From positions 1-28,490 of IMG/VR virus record IMGVR_UViG_3300020686_000008: a stretch of 28,490 bases of DNA, one strand, 5' to 3'. How positions within the stretch are numbered: the stretch's first letter is position 1; each line of letters begins with the position of its first letter. This stretch comes from a virus. Taxonomy: Duplodnaviria; Caudoviricetes. This document shows, piece by piece, positions 8,554 through 16,050 of the stretch. The translations under genes were made by a program, and so were the position numbers. A model generated the notes under the pieces. That model worked only from the letters and a program-made list of their open reading frames with translations. It did not search any database and was not told the DNA's origin.

Positions 8554-8890
8554 TGAACAACGCAAAGAAATAAGACAACAATTTTGGGACGATGATTACT
8601 TTGATGGTTTGCCAAACAAAGGCGAACTGTTAAAGCATTTTATCAATGAGTACGGTAAAGCAATAGAACGCCAGCAACAAGCTGAAATAGAAAAGTTAAA
8701 GGTTGAAAAAATTAGGGCTTATGACAATGGTGTTGAAGATGGCAGAAAACTTAATACCAACCCCAAACCAGCAAAGACACTAACAGATGAGGAAATATGG
8801 CAGATTACCGAAGATTTTTGGAAAAGAGATTGGACAACGCTTGATGTTGGGTTTGCTAGAGCAATACTAAGAAAGGCTAATGAGAAATGA
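8546..8890 (+). CDS. Modular hypothetical protein (114 aa)
   Basis: RQQQAEIEKLK, KTLTDEEI and FARAILRKANEK modules. Confidence 0.8.
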   Translation: MNDEQRKEIRQQFWDDDYFDGLPNKGELLKHFINEYGKAIERQQQAEIEKLKVEKIRAYDNGVEDGRKLNTNPKPAKTLTDEEIWQITEDFWKRDWTTLDVGFARAILRKANEK

Positions 8891-9198
8891 GTGAAAATAA
8901 AATGTGGGACAAACTATTTAATCAAAAACTTAAAGAAGTAATGCTCCCATCAAACAAATACCATTTTTACGCAACACTTTCGCCAACTGCAAATGGGTTT
9001 TGTGCAAGGGAATTGATTGCAGAGGAATATTATCAACAACAATCTGAAATAGAATCGTTAAAAAATAAAACATTAACCGAAGACGAAATAAAAGAATGTG
9101 CCGATAGTGTTTGCCATGCTTGGAAAAAGAATGGTGTTGGCGAGCTTTACATGGAAGATTTTGCTAGAGCAATACTAAGAAAGGCACAAGAGAAATGA
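8887..9198 (+). CDS. Modular hypothetical protein (103 aa), cassette 1
   Basis: Starts in repeat 1 and ends in repeat 2; QQQSEIE, KTLTEDEI, FARAILRKAQEK. Confidence 0.8.
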   Translation: MSENKMWDKLFNQKLKEVMLPSNKYHFYATLSPTANGFCARELIAEEYYQQQSEIESLKNKTLTEDEIKECADSVCHAWKKNGVGELYMEDFARAILRKAQEK

Positions 9199-9335
9199 CA
9201 ACAATACAAAAAATTCTAATTTTAATTGGGTTACTTGCGTATGTTGTAGCAATGTATCAGTTACTTAAACACAAAATAGAGGGCGGTGCTTATTTACTTC
9301 TTATTATTACGCTTGTTTTTGTTGCTTTAATTTAA
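9195..9335 (+). CDS. Small two-TM membrane protein (46 aa), cassette 2; missing from ORF track
   Basis: MTTIQKILILIGLLAYVVAMYQLLKHKIEGGAYLLLIITLVFVALI; ATG from repeat 2, TAA is the start of repeat 3. Confidence 0.75.
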   Translation: MTTIQKILILIGLLAYVVAMYQLLKHKIEGGAYLLLIITLVFVALI

Positions 9336-9351
9336 GAAAGGCACAAGAGAA

Positions 9352-9519
9352 ATGACTGAAATGACAAAACTTGAAAAGCCACATCTTGTTAGCAAAAGTC
9401 AATGGGTAAATCATCCTGATTACTTTATGCCTGTTTTATTTACACAATATGGATGGTCAGACGGCAAAACAACAGTATGGAATAAAGAATTTGAAATAAG
9501 AAAGGCACAAGAGAAATGA
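9352..9519 (+). CDS. Hypothetical protein (55 aa), cassette 3; missing from ORF track
   Basis: MTEMTKLEKPHL...EIRKAQEK; ATG from repeat 3, ends in repeat 4. Confidence 0.75.
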   Translation: MTEMTKLEKPHLVSKSQWVNHPDYFMPVLFTQYGWSDGKTTVWNKEFEIRKAQEK

Positions 9520-10412
9520 TTACACCAATAGATACAAGCAAGCTAGATGCAAAGCACAAGAGTCTACCCTTTCGCTTAGACTTAGATCAGTTCGTTGATG
9601 ATGTAGCATTGATTAAGCCGAGGGCTAAGTTTGCAATCGACAACGACTGCGTAGCCAGCGACTATGTGTTGAACCCGACTACTCAACGATACGATAACAA
9701 CGCTGTTATCTACCAAGTTAAAGTATACGAAGGCGGTGAGCAGATCGGTGCGCTATCTACCTTTGAGGAATACCGACAAGGCAAAAAAGTTCAGACCTAT
9801 GGTGTTGAGTCTTTCCGTATTCAGAAAAGCCGAGGCAACTATGAACGCACTACTTCTATGCACAAGAAGGTTGCAATCCGTAATGCTAAGAAGTTCTTAG
9901 TAGCCCGTGCCAACGACGAGTTAGCCTCTCAGATCAGCAACATGGTCAGAGATAGGGTCAACAGTATCGCAGGCAATTACGAGAACCAAGTAGCGTGGTC
10001 AGTAAGCCAAGCTAACATAGCAACGGACTACGCCGTAGCTGCGTATCATGCACGCAAAGAGGGTTCTGGGACTATCACGTTACAGGCAAACAATGCTCAG
10101 TATACAAATAACATTCCGCACTCTGATACTTGTGTGGCTAACTATCTAGAAGCTAAGACTTTGCATGATGAGTTGCAGAACAAGCGAGGCTTCGGTGTGC
10201 AAGCATACACAGATGGTAGCTATGCCGTGTATAACTTTCATAATGGTGATGTGATTAAGTATCAGCACTTCGATGATATACCGCAGGACATTAGCGAGAA
10301 GCTAGCTATGTTCAAGCTAATACAACAGAACGAGCCGTATTCACATCTAGGTATGAAGCTACTAGAGCACGCATTTTATATAGTTGACGGCAAGACCAAG
10401 ACTAAGCAATAA
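9516..10412 (+). CDS. Hypothetical protein (298 aa)
   Basis: Long ORF whose ATG is supplied by repeat 4. Confidence 0.85.
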   Translation: MITPIDTSKLDAKHKSLPFRLDLDQFVDDVALIKPRAKFAIDNDCVASDYVLNPTTQRYDNNAVIYQVKVYEGGEQIGALSTFEEYRQGKKVQTYGVESFRIQKSRGNYERTTSMHKKVAIRNAKKFLVARANDELASQISNMVRDRVNSIAGNYENQVAWSVSQANIATDYAVAAYHARKEGSGTITLQANNAQYTNNIPHSDTCVANYLEAKTLHDELQNKRGFGVQAYTDGSYAVYNFHNGDVIKYQHFDDIPQDISEKLAMFKLIQQNEPYSHLGMKLLEHAFYIVDGKTKTKQ

Positions 10413-10458
10413 TTCCCTATCACTTCACGTGATATTTGTAGTGCCGATTGTATATATT

Positions 10459-10563
10459 GCAGATGTATCTTTCGGCGTCGGTTAAATCCGAGCATCTCCT
10501 CTGAGCGCATAGTGAGTGCGTAATCTGCTGACTCACACTAAGCCACCTTCGGGTGGCTTTTTT
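10459..10563 (+). ncRNA. Candidate structured RNA (sRNA or 3' UTR element)
   Basis: Closing helix GCAGAT/ATCTGC, two internal hairpins, single-stranded GCATCTCCT, possible pseudoknot, then terminator. Confidence 0.4.
10540..10563 (+). terminator. Rho-independent terminator ending the early region
   Basis: AAGCCACC-TTCG-GGTGGCTT with cUUCGg tetraloop plus T run. Confidence 0.92.
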
Positions 10564-10572
10564 ATTGCCTTG

Positions 10573-10600
10573 AACATTTCGACAACGATGTCGATTTGTT
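10573..10600 (-). repeat. 28-bp motif, copy 8 (inverted, intergenic)
   Basis: Minus strand AACAAA TCGACA tcgt TGTCGA AATGTT. Confidence 0.85.
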
Positions 10601-10626
10601 AGGGTAAGTCCCTATAAAAATATTTG

Positions 10627-10654
10627 TTGCTTTTCTTTTTGGTTCAGGTATACT
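10627..10654 (+). promoter_or_regulatory. Putative sigma70 promoter for replication genes
   Basis: TTGCTT-16 nt-TATACT just after the terminator; shares TCAGGTATA with the 1524 promoter. Confidence 0.55.
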
Positions 10655-10675
10655 CACCAGAACAGGTAAAAAATT

Positions 10676-11152
10676 ATGACTCCCGAACAATACGATAAAT
10701 GGATTGCAGGAAAGACTAAACACGGCGCATATGCTGGCGGTGTAGAACAGCCTGAGCATTATATATGGCGCATGATGTTAAGTCGTTGCACTAACCCAAA
10801 AGCATCGGGCTACCAATACTATGGCGGTCGTGGGGTTACTGTGTGCAAACGCTGGCATGACTACAAAAAGTTTATTGCAGATATGGGACTTCGCCCCAGC
10901 GCCGACCATAGCCTAGACAGAATTGATACTGCTAAAGGTTACACCCCAAGCAACTGTCGTTGGGCTACACGTAGCGAACAACAAAAGAACAAGACCACAA
11001 CTAAGTTATATACCGACGGCAAGTTTGTCGGGACTTTAGTAGAGTGCGCAAACAAAATAAAAATAAGTAAAGAACTAGCCTACTGGCGCTTTAAGTCATG
11101 GGGTTCGTTTGAGAAAGGAAAACAATGGCAACAACTCCCGAAAACAAAGTAA
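10676..11152 (+). CDS. HNH-type homing endonuclease-like protein
   Basis: YGGRGVTVCKRW, DMGLRPS, HSLDRID, NCRWAT..EQ..N signature. Confidence 0.8.
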   Translation: MTPEQYDKWIAGKTKHGAYAGGVEQPEHYIWRMMLSRCTNPKASGYQYYGGRGVTVCKRWHDYKKFIADMGLRPSADHSLDRIDTAKGYTPSNCRWATRSEQQKNKTTTKLYTDGKFVGTLVECANKIKISKELAYWRFKSWGSFEKGKQWQQLPKTK

Positions 11153-11439
11153 AACAAAAAGTAGTTAAGCTACTTAAAGCCCACAATATATATTATTTCT
11201 TTCCTGCTACGCATGGGTTTGGCAGATCAGGTGTGCCCGACATCATCTGTTGCTACAACTCTCTATTCATGGGCATCGAGTGCAAAGCTGGCAATAACAA
11301 GCCGACCGCCCTTCAAGACAAAGAACTACGCAATATTCGTGAGGCTGGTGGTGCGACCTTTGTAATTAACGAAGACAACATAAACGATTTAGCCCATTGG
11401 ATAACTGACGAAGACTTTGATATGGATGGGAGATGTTGA
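11125..11439 (+). CDS. VRR-NUC nuclease (Holliday junction resolvase-like)
   Basis: TPE.KVK, SGVPDII, IECKAG, PTALQ. Confidence 0.88.
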   Translation: MATTPENKVKQKVVKLLKAHNIYYFFPATHGFGRSGVPDIICCYNSLFMGIECKAGNNKPTALQDKELRNIREAGGATFVINEDNINDLAHWITDEDFDMDGRC

Positions 11440-11780
11440 TGTTAGATGGATTAGCCATTGTATTGCAAAGACTTGAGACCCACCCCGAAGAGTTCTTTGG
11501 TAGCACGAAGTGGAGCAAGTTCTTGGACTATGACGAGTTCGGTATCTTTACTGAGGAAGAAGCTATTGAGGTAGCCAAAGCCAAAATTAAGATTCAAGAA
11601 TACGCTAAAGAACAGATGCGTAAACAATACACAGAGAATGTGCTAGAGCAACTGGCTAGGGGCAGTGACCCTAGGGATTACAAGCGTGTCAAATACGAAG
11701 AACTGCAAGGCATACTTAAACAGGGGGTAGCTTCCCTTGATTCTGACTACGAATATCAATGGCTTAGGGAGAAGAAGTGA
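11433..11780 (+). CDS. Hypothetical protein, paralog of the next gene
   Basis: LQRLETHPEEF...KW...TENVLEQL. Confidence 0.75.
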   Translation: MLMLDGLAIVLQRLETHPEEFFGSTKWSKFLDYDEFGIFTEEEAIEVAKAKIKIQEYAKEQMRKQYTENVLEQLARGSDPRDYKRVKYEELQGILKQGVASLDSDYEYQWLREKK

Positions 11781-12202
11781 TGACCGTTCCTGAGAAGAAA
11801 CAAATGAACGCTGGGGTGGAACTCCTTTTGAAAAGGATGGAGACCAATCCCGAAGAGTTTACGGATTACGGCAAGTGGGTCTCGATTATGCAAGAGATAC
11901 ACAAGTATGCTGAACCCGAAGAATCTAAAGCCCTTAACGATGGCTTGAAAGCCCTCATGATGCAGAAGGTGACTGAGCGAGTATTGGAGGGACTTGTCGA
12001 CCCAAAAAAGTCGAATTGGGTGGGCGTAATAATGCAACAGAAAGGTATCACTTCGGCTGGCACGACCCCAGGTCAATATATAACCCTTGAAACTGCAGAA
12101 CATATGAAAGCCCATTTGGAAGCACTAAAAGTCAAAGATAGAGACGCACTAGTAAACAAAAAGCCGACTACTATTTTTGGAAAGTTGTTTAACTACCTAT
12201 GA
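11777..12202 (+). CDS. Hypothetical protein
   Basis: LKRMETNPEEF...KW...TERVLEGL; GTGA overlap with upstream stop. Confidence 0.78.
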   Translation: MMTVPEKKQMNAGVELLLKRMETNPEEFTDYGKWVSIMQEIHKYAEPEESKALNDGLKALMMQKVTERVLEGLVDPKKSNWVGVIMQQKGITSAGTTPGQYITLETAEHMKAHLEALKVKDRDALVNKKPTTIFGKLFNYL

Positions 12203-12618
12203 GCTGGACTAAATCTTTCGAGCAAGACTTGCACGACAAGTATGATGCGCCTGCCAAAGAAGCGGTTGCTAACTACTTGTCTAAGCTGGGTTACGAAATC
12301 ATGCCGAACCCTGACAAATACGGTGTTGACCTTCTAGTGAGCCACAACGGAAACGGTGTAGGCGTTGTTGAGGTTGAGGTTCGTAGCTGGAGTCCTAACT
12401 GCCCATTCCCCACCATTCACGTGCCTAGTAGGAAGACTAAGTTCTTTGCTGGTAACGCCCTATTCTTTGCACTCACGCATGACATGCAACACGCTTACTG
12501 GATTGAGTCAAAAGAAATCCTCAAGCACCCGATGAAAGAAGTGCGTAATGTAAAAGTTGTAAGTGGTGAATTGTTTTATGACGTGCCGACCGAGGCATTT
12601 ACTTTTGTGGAGTTATAA
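12199..12618 (+). CDS. Putative PD-(D/E)XK-fold nuclease
   Basis: YGVDLLV followed by VEVEVR (EVE variant of ExK). Confidence 0.6.
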   Translation: MSWTKSFEQDLHDKYDAPAKEAVANYLSKLGYEIMPNPDKYGVDLLVSHNGNGVGVVEVEVRSWSPNCPFPTIHVPSRKTKFFAGNALFFALTHDMQHAYWIESKEILKHPMKEVRNVKVVSGELFYDVPTEAFTFVEL

Positions 12619-12813
12619 ATGGAAATTAGAGTAGTAAAAATTAAAGAAAACAAAGACGGGTCTGCTGACGTAATGGTTAGGTATGACAAAGAAGGTTTAG
12701 AGTTCTTGGTGCAAGAAGGCACTATTGCTATTTTTAAACAATTTATTGAGCAAAATAAAAATGCTCAGGCTGGGGCAAAGTTACGTAAACGGTTGGCAAA
12801 GGAGAAAAGCTAA
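12619..12813 (+). CDS. Hypothetical protein (64 aa)
   Basis: IKENKDGSA N-terminus common in small phage proteins; abuts neighbours. Confidence 0.75.
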   Translation: MEIRVVKIKENKDGSADVMVRYDKEGLEFLVQEGTIAIFKQFIEQNKNAQAGAKLRKRLAKEKS

Positions 12814-13043
12814 TGGGTATTTGGGATATATCAAACACGATTGAAGAGTATGCCTACGACGTGGGCAACATTAAAAACTTAATTGAAGTAATTGCAACAG
12901 ACATACAAGACCCGCATAGCGGTGCATTGTGGGCTACTCGACTAATGCTTGACAGGATGGAAGAACTATTACTAAAGCAATCCGCAGAACTAATGGCTCT
13001 ACATCGTGAACAAAAAGAAATACCTAAAAAGAAAAAGAAATGA
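12813..13043 (+). CDS. Hypothetical protein (76 aa)
   Basis: AAGGAG RBS; overlaps both neighbours. Confidence 0.75.
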   Translation: MGIWDISNTIEEYAYDVGNIKNLIEVIATDIQDPHSGALWATRLMLDRMEELLLKQSAELMALHREQKEIPKKKKK

Positions 13044-14872
13044 ATATTTTAACCCTTGACTTTGAAACGTATTATGCACAGGACTTTAGCTTGTCAAAGC
13101 TGACGACCGAGGAGTATGTGCGTGATGATCGCTTTGAAGTTATTGGTGTATCAATAAAGGAGAATGACGATGAAGTTAAGTGGTTTAGCGGTACTCACGA
13201 AGAAGTATTGGATTTCTTGTCTAACTATGACTGGGATAGTTCTTTTGCTCTTGCCCACAATGCTATGTTTGACTCTGCTATTCTGTCTTGGCGGTTTGGT
13301 ATTAAACCAATGGCTTGGCTTGACACGCTTAGCATGGCTCGTGCGACAGATGGTTTGGAAGCTGGCAACTCCCTCGCTAAATTGGCTCAGCGTTATAACC
13401 TTGGAGTCAAAGGGACAGAAGTACTCAATGCGATCGGCAAACGACGTGCGGATTTTAGCGACAATGATTTGTACGCATATGGTGGATATTGTAATAATGA
13501 CGTGGAGCTAACCTACTCTCTTTTTGAAATACTACTGCCACGGTTTAGCCTGTCCGAGTTAAAGCTAATTAGTTTGACAAGCAAGATGTTTTCAGAGCCA
13601 ACGTTATTTTTAGACACGGCGCTACTTGAACAGCATCTGATGCAAGTGCGTGCCCGCAAAGAGAAATTACTTGATGCTTGCGTAGCAGATAAAGATACCC
13701 TAATGTCCAACCCGAAATTAGCAGAACTACTAATATCGTTGGGCGTTGAACCACCGATGAAGATAAGCCCAGCTAACGGAAAGGAAACATATGCGTTCGC
13801 CAAAAGTGACGAGGGCTTCAAGGCTCTTGCGGAACACCCCGATGAAAGAGTCCAAGCTATTGTTGCAGCCCGACTCGGAACAAAATCAACTTTGGAAGAA
13901 ACAAGAACCGAGCGCTTTATCAGTATTTCTAAGCGTGGTAGGATGCCTGTGCCTTTGCGTTATTATGCTGCTCATACTGGTCGTTGGGGTGGGGATGACA
14001 AGTTAAACCTACAAAACTTACCAAGGAAATCGCTTCTTAAGGAGGCAATAATTGCACCCGACGGTTATACCCTTATCGACGCAGACTCTTCTCAAATTGA
14101 GGCTCGCATTGTTGCGTGGCTAGCGGGACAAAACGACTTAGTCACAGCATTTGAAAGGCATGAAGATGTTTACAAAATCATGGCATCGTCTATATATGGT
14201 AAGGCAGAAGAAGAAATCGACTCGCAAGAAAGGTTCGTGGGTAAGACGACAATCCTCGGTGCGGGGTATGGCATGGGTTCTACCAAGTTTGGGATACAAC
14301 TCAAAACTTTTGGGGTGGAAATCGCAGATGCGGAGGCGGCTAGGATTATCGAAGTCTATCGATCTAGATACCCTCACATTCCCCGACTTTGGCAGGAAGC
14401 TGGTAGTGCCCTTGATGCGCTCAGAACTAAAAAAACTTGTCAAGTTGGGCATCAAGCGCAAGCACTTACCGTTACGGAGTCAGGTTTTTTACTCCCAAGT
14501 GGTCTTTTCCTCAACTACCCCGACCTCCAGCGAGATTCTGACAATCAGTTCTCATACGCCAGTAGACGAGGAAGAATTAAGGTCTACGGTGGGAAAGTAG
14601 TAGAGAATGTGTGCCAAGCCCTAGCAAGGTGTGTTATTGGGGAGCAAATGCTTCGTATAGCGAAGCGTTACAAGGTAGCCTTAACCGTACACGATGCGGT
14701 GATGGCTGTCGTTCCCGAAGATGAAACCAAGTCTGCAATGCTGTATATTGATGAATGTATGAAATGGAGACCGAAGTGGGCTCAAGAACTCCCTTTGGCT
14801 TGCGAACTTGGTGTAGGTAAATCCTACGGTGATTGTAGTAAAAAGAAAGCAATAGAAGAATGGCAAAAGTAG
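13040..14872 (+). CDS. polA: Family A DNA polymerase with 3'-5' exonuclease
   Basis: ExoI LDFET, ExoII AHNAMFD, ExoIII YCNND; HTGRW, NLQNLP, motif A DSSQIEAR, motif B KTTILGAGYG, motif C VHDA. Confidence 0.95.
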   Translation: MNILTLDFETYYAQDFSLSKLTTEEYVRDDRFEVIGVSIKENDDEVKWFSGTHEEVLDFLSNYDWDSSFALAHNAMFDSAILSWRFGIKPMAWLDTLSMARATDGLEAGNSLAKLAQRYNLGVKGTEVLNAIGKRRADFSDNDLYAYGGYCNNDVELTYSLFEILLPRFSLSELKLISLTSKMFSEPTLFLDTALLEQHLMQVRARKEKLLDACVADKDTLMSNPKLAELLISLGVEPPMKISPANGKETYAFAKSDEGFKALAEHPDERVQAIVAARLGTKSTLEETRTERFISISKRGRMPVPLRYYAAHTGRWGGDDKLNLQNLPRKSLLKEAIIAPDGYTLIDADSSQIEARIVAWLAGQNDLVTAFERHEDVYKIMASSIYGKAEEEIDSQERFVGKTTILGAGYGMGSTKFGIQLKTFGVEIADAEAARIIEVYRSRYPHIPRLWQEAGSALDALRTKKTCQVGHQAQALTVTESGFLLPSGLFLNYPDLQRDSDNQFSYASRRGRIKVYGGKVVENVCQALARCVIGEQMLRIAKRYKVALTVHDAVMAVVPEDETKSAMLYIDECMKWRPKWAQELPLACELGVGKSYGDCSKKKAIEEWQK

Positions 14873-15039
14873 ACTATACCCCTATGTATTTAGAAGCGAT
14901 GAAAGAAATGAAATTAGCACACGAAGCCTTAGTAAGAAACAATTTTCAGTCAGCATATGAACATACGCTCAATGCTCAGACCGAATTGCGTTTAATGCGT
15001 GGCGCAGTTAAAAGCTGGATTCCTACGGAGGACAAATGA
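14860..15039 (+). CDS. Hypothetical protein (59 aa), missing from ORF track
   Basis: MAKVDYTPMYLEAMKEMK...WIPTEDK; fills the gap, ATGA overlap downstream. Confidence 0.7.
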   Translation: MAKVDYTPMYLEAMKEMKLAHEALVRNNFQSAYEHTLNAQTELRLMRGAVKSWIPTEDK

Positions 15040-15167
15040 GAGACGGCGGAAAAGGCGATACACCACGCCCACTAGGTGTACCTATGGAAAAGTTTGATGC
15101 TCAATGGGAACAAATCTTTGGTAAAAAAGAAAAGCCCGAAGAGCCAAAAGAAAAAGAGGCTGAATGA
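15036..15167 (+). CDS. Small phage protein (43 aa), missing from ORF track
   Basis: GGAGG RBS; MRDGGKGDTPRP...FDAQWEQIFGKK; ATGA overlaps at both ends. Confidence 0.75.
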   Translation: MRDGGKGDTPRPLGVPMEKFDAQWEQIFGKKEKPEEPKEKEAE

Positions 15168-15838
15168 GCTTTACTTGGTCATACTCGTCGCTTGGATTAT
15201 TCCAGCAGTGTCCTCGCAAATACTATCGCTTGCGTGTAGTAAAGGATATTGTCGAGCCCGAAGCCGAGCATCTTACTTATGGGAAGCTGGTGCATGAAGC
15301 CGCCGAGTTGCACATCAGAGATGGTGTGCCTATCCCTGAGAAGTATTCATTCCTTACTCCAGTATTGGATGTTCTAAAAGCAATACCAGGTGAGAAGCAT
15401 TGTGAATACAAGATGGGTTTGACTGCTGATTTAGAGCCATGTGACTTCTTTGATAAAGCCAATGTGTGGTATCGAGGTATTGCCGATCTGATTATTATAG
15501 ACGGCGGCTTAGCCCACATCATTGACTATAAGACAGGCAAGTCTGCGCAGTATGCCGACACTAAACAGTTAGAACTTATGGCGCTGTGTGTATTCAAGCA
15601 CTTCCCACAAGTCGAGAGAGTTAAGGCTGGCTTGGCTTTTGTGGTGTGCGAAGAGTTTGTTAAGGCTAAATATGCAAAAGACGAAGCGCCACAGAAGTGG
15701 ATTACTTGGTTGCAAGAAACTAATAAATTAGAAGCAGCCCATACCAATGATGTGTGGAACGCAAAACCTAACTTTACTTGCAGGAAGTTCTGCCCAGTAA
15801 AAGACTGCGAACATAATGGAAAAGGACATTGGAAATGA
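15164..15838 (+). CDS. Cas4/RecB-like PD-(D/E)XK exonuclease
   Basis: WSYSS..FQQCP, RGIADL, IDYKTGK, QL..A, C-terminal CRKFCPVKDC (Fe-S staple pattern). Confidence 0.9.
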   Translation: MSFTWSYSSLGLFQQCPRKYYRLRVVKDIVEPEAEHLTYGKLVHEAAELHIRDGVPIPEKYSFLTPVLDVLKAIPGEKHCEYKMGLTADLEPCDFFDKANVWYRGIADLIIIDGGLAHIIDYKTGKSAQYADTKQLELMALCVFKHFPQVERVKAGLAFVVCEEFVKAKYAKDEAPQKWITWLQETNKLEAAHTNDVWNAKPNFTCRKFCPVKDCEHNGKGHWK

Positions 15839-16050
15839 ACGAGAATGATTTAAGGGATTGCTTTGCGATGTTTGCTTTGAATGGGCTAATGGCATCGGGG
15901 AGTAATGATGAAGTGCCATATAAAGTTTTAGCATCAAATGCGTATGAATTAGCAGACATTATGCTCGAAGCACGCAAGGCTGAACCCGAAGCAGAAGTCG
16001 GTATTGTTGCAGTTAAACGGAGAAAGAAACGTGAAGAAAGGGATGCGTAA
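15835..16050 (+). CDS. Hypothetical phage protein (71 aa)
   Basis: LRDCFAMFAL...AYELADIMLEAR pattern; ATGA overlap. Confidence 0.78.
   Translation: MNENDLRDCFAMFALNGLMASGSNDEVPYKVLASNAYELADIMLEARKAEPEAEVGIVAVKRRKKREERDA

Larger units (their letters stand above)
8868..9519 (+). repeat. Four 23-bp direct repeats TAAGAAAGGCACAAGAGAAATGA delimiting gene cassettes
   Basis: Exact copies at 9176-9198, 9333-9355, 9497-9519; 3-mismatch copy at 8868-8890. Confidence 0.95.

Noticed and set aside
8868-9519. CRISPR array interpretation of the 23-bp direct repeats
   Set aside because: Intervals are 134-285 nt, unequal, and each is a complete ORF; the repeat is non-palindromic and encodes RBS/stop/start; no cas operon
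8284-9519. Diversity-generating retroelement behind the repeated modules
   Set aside because: No reverse transcriptase in the window; repeats are short and not a TR/VR pair with adenine-specific differences
10459-10536. Pistol or hammerhead ribozyme
   Set aside because: TTAAAT and GCG resemble pistol elements but the required pseudoknot complement is missing; no CTGANGA/GAAA core
15164-15838. Cas4 as evidence of a CRISPR-Cas system
   Set aside because: Stand-alone Cas4-like exonucleases are routine in phage replication modules; no cas1/cas2 or array
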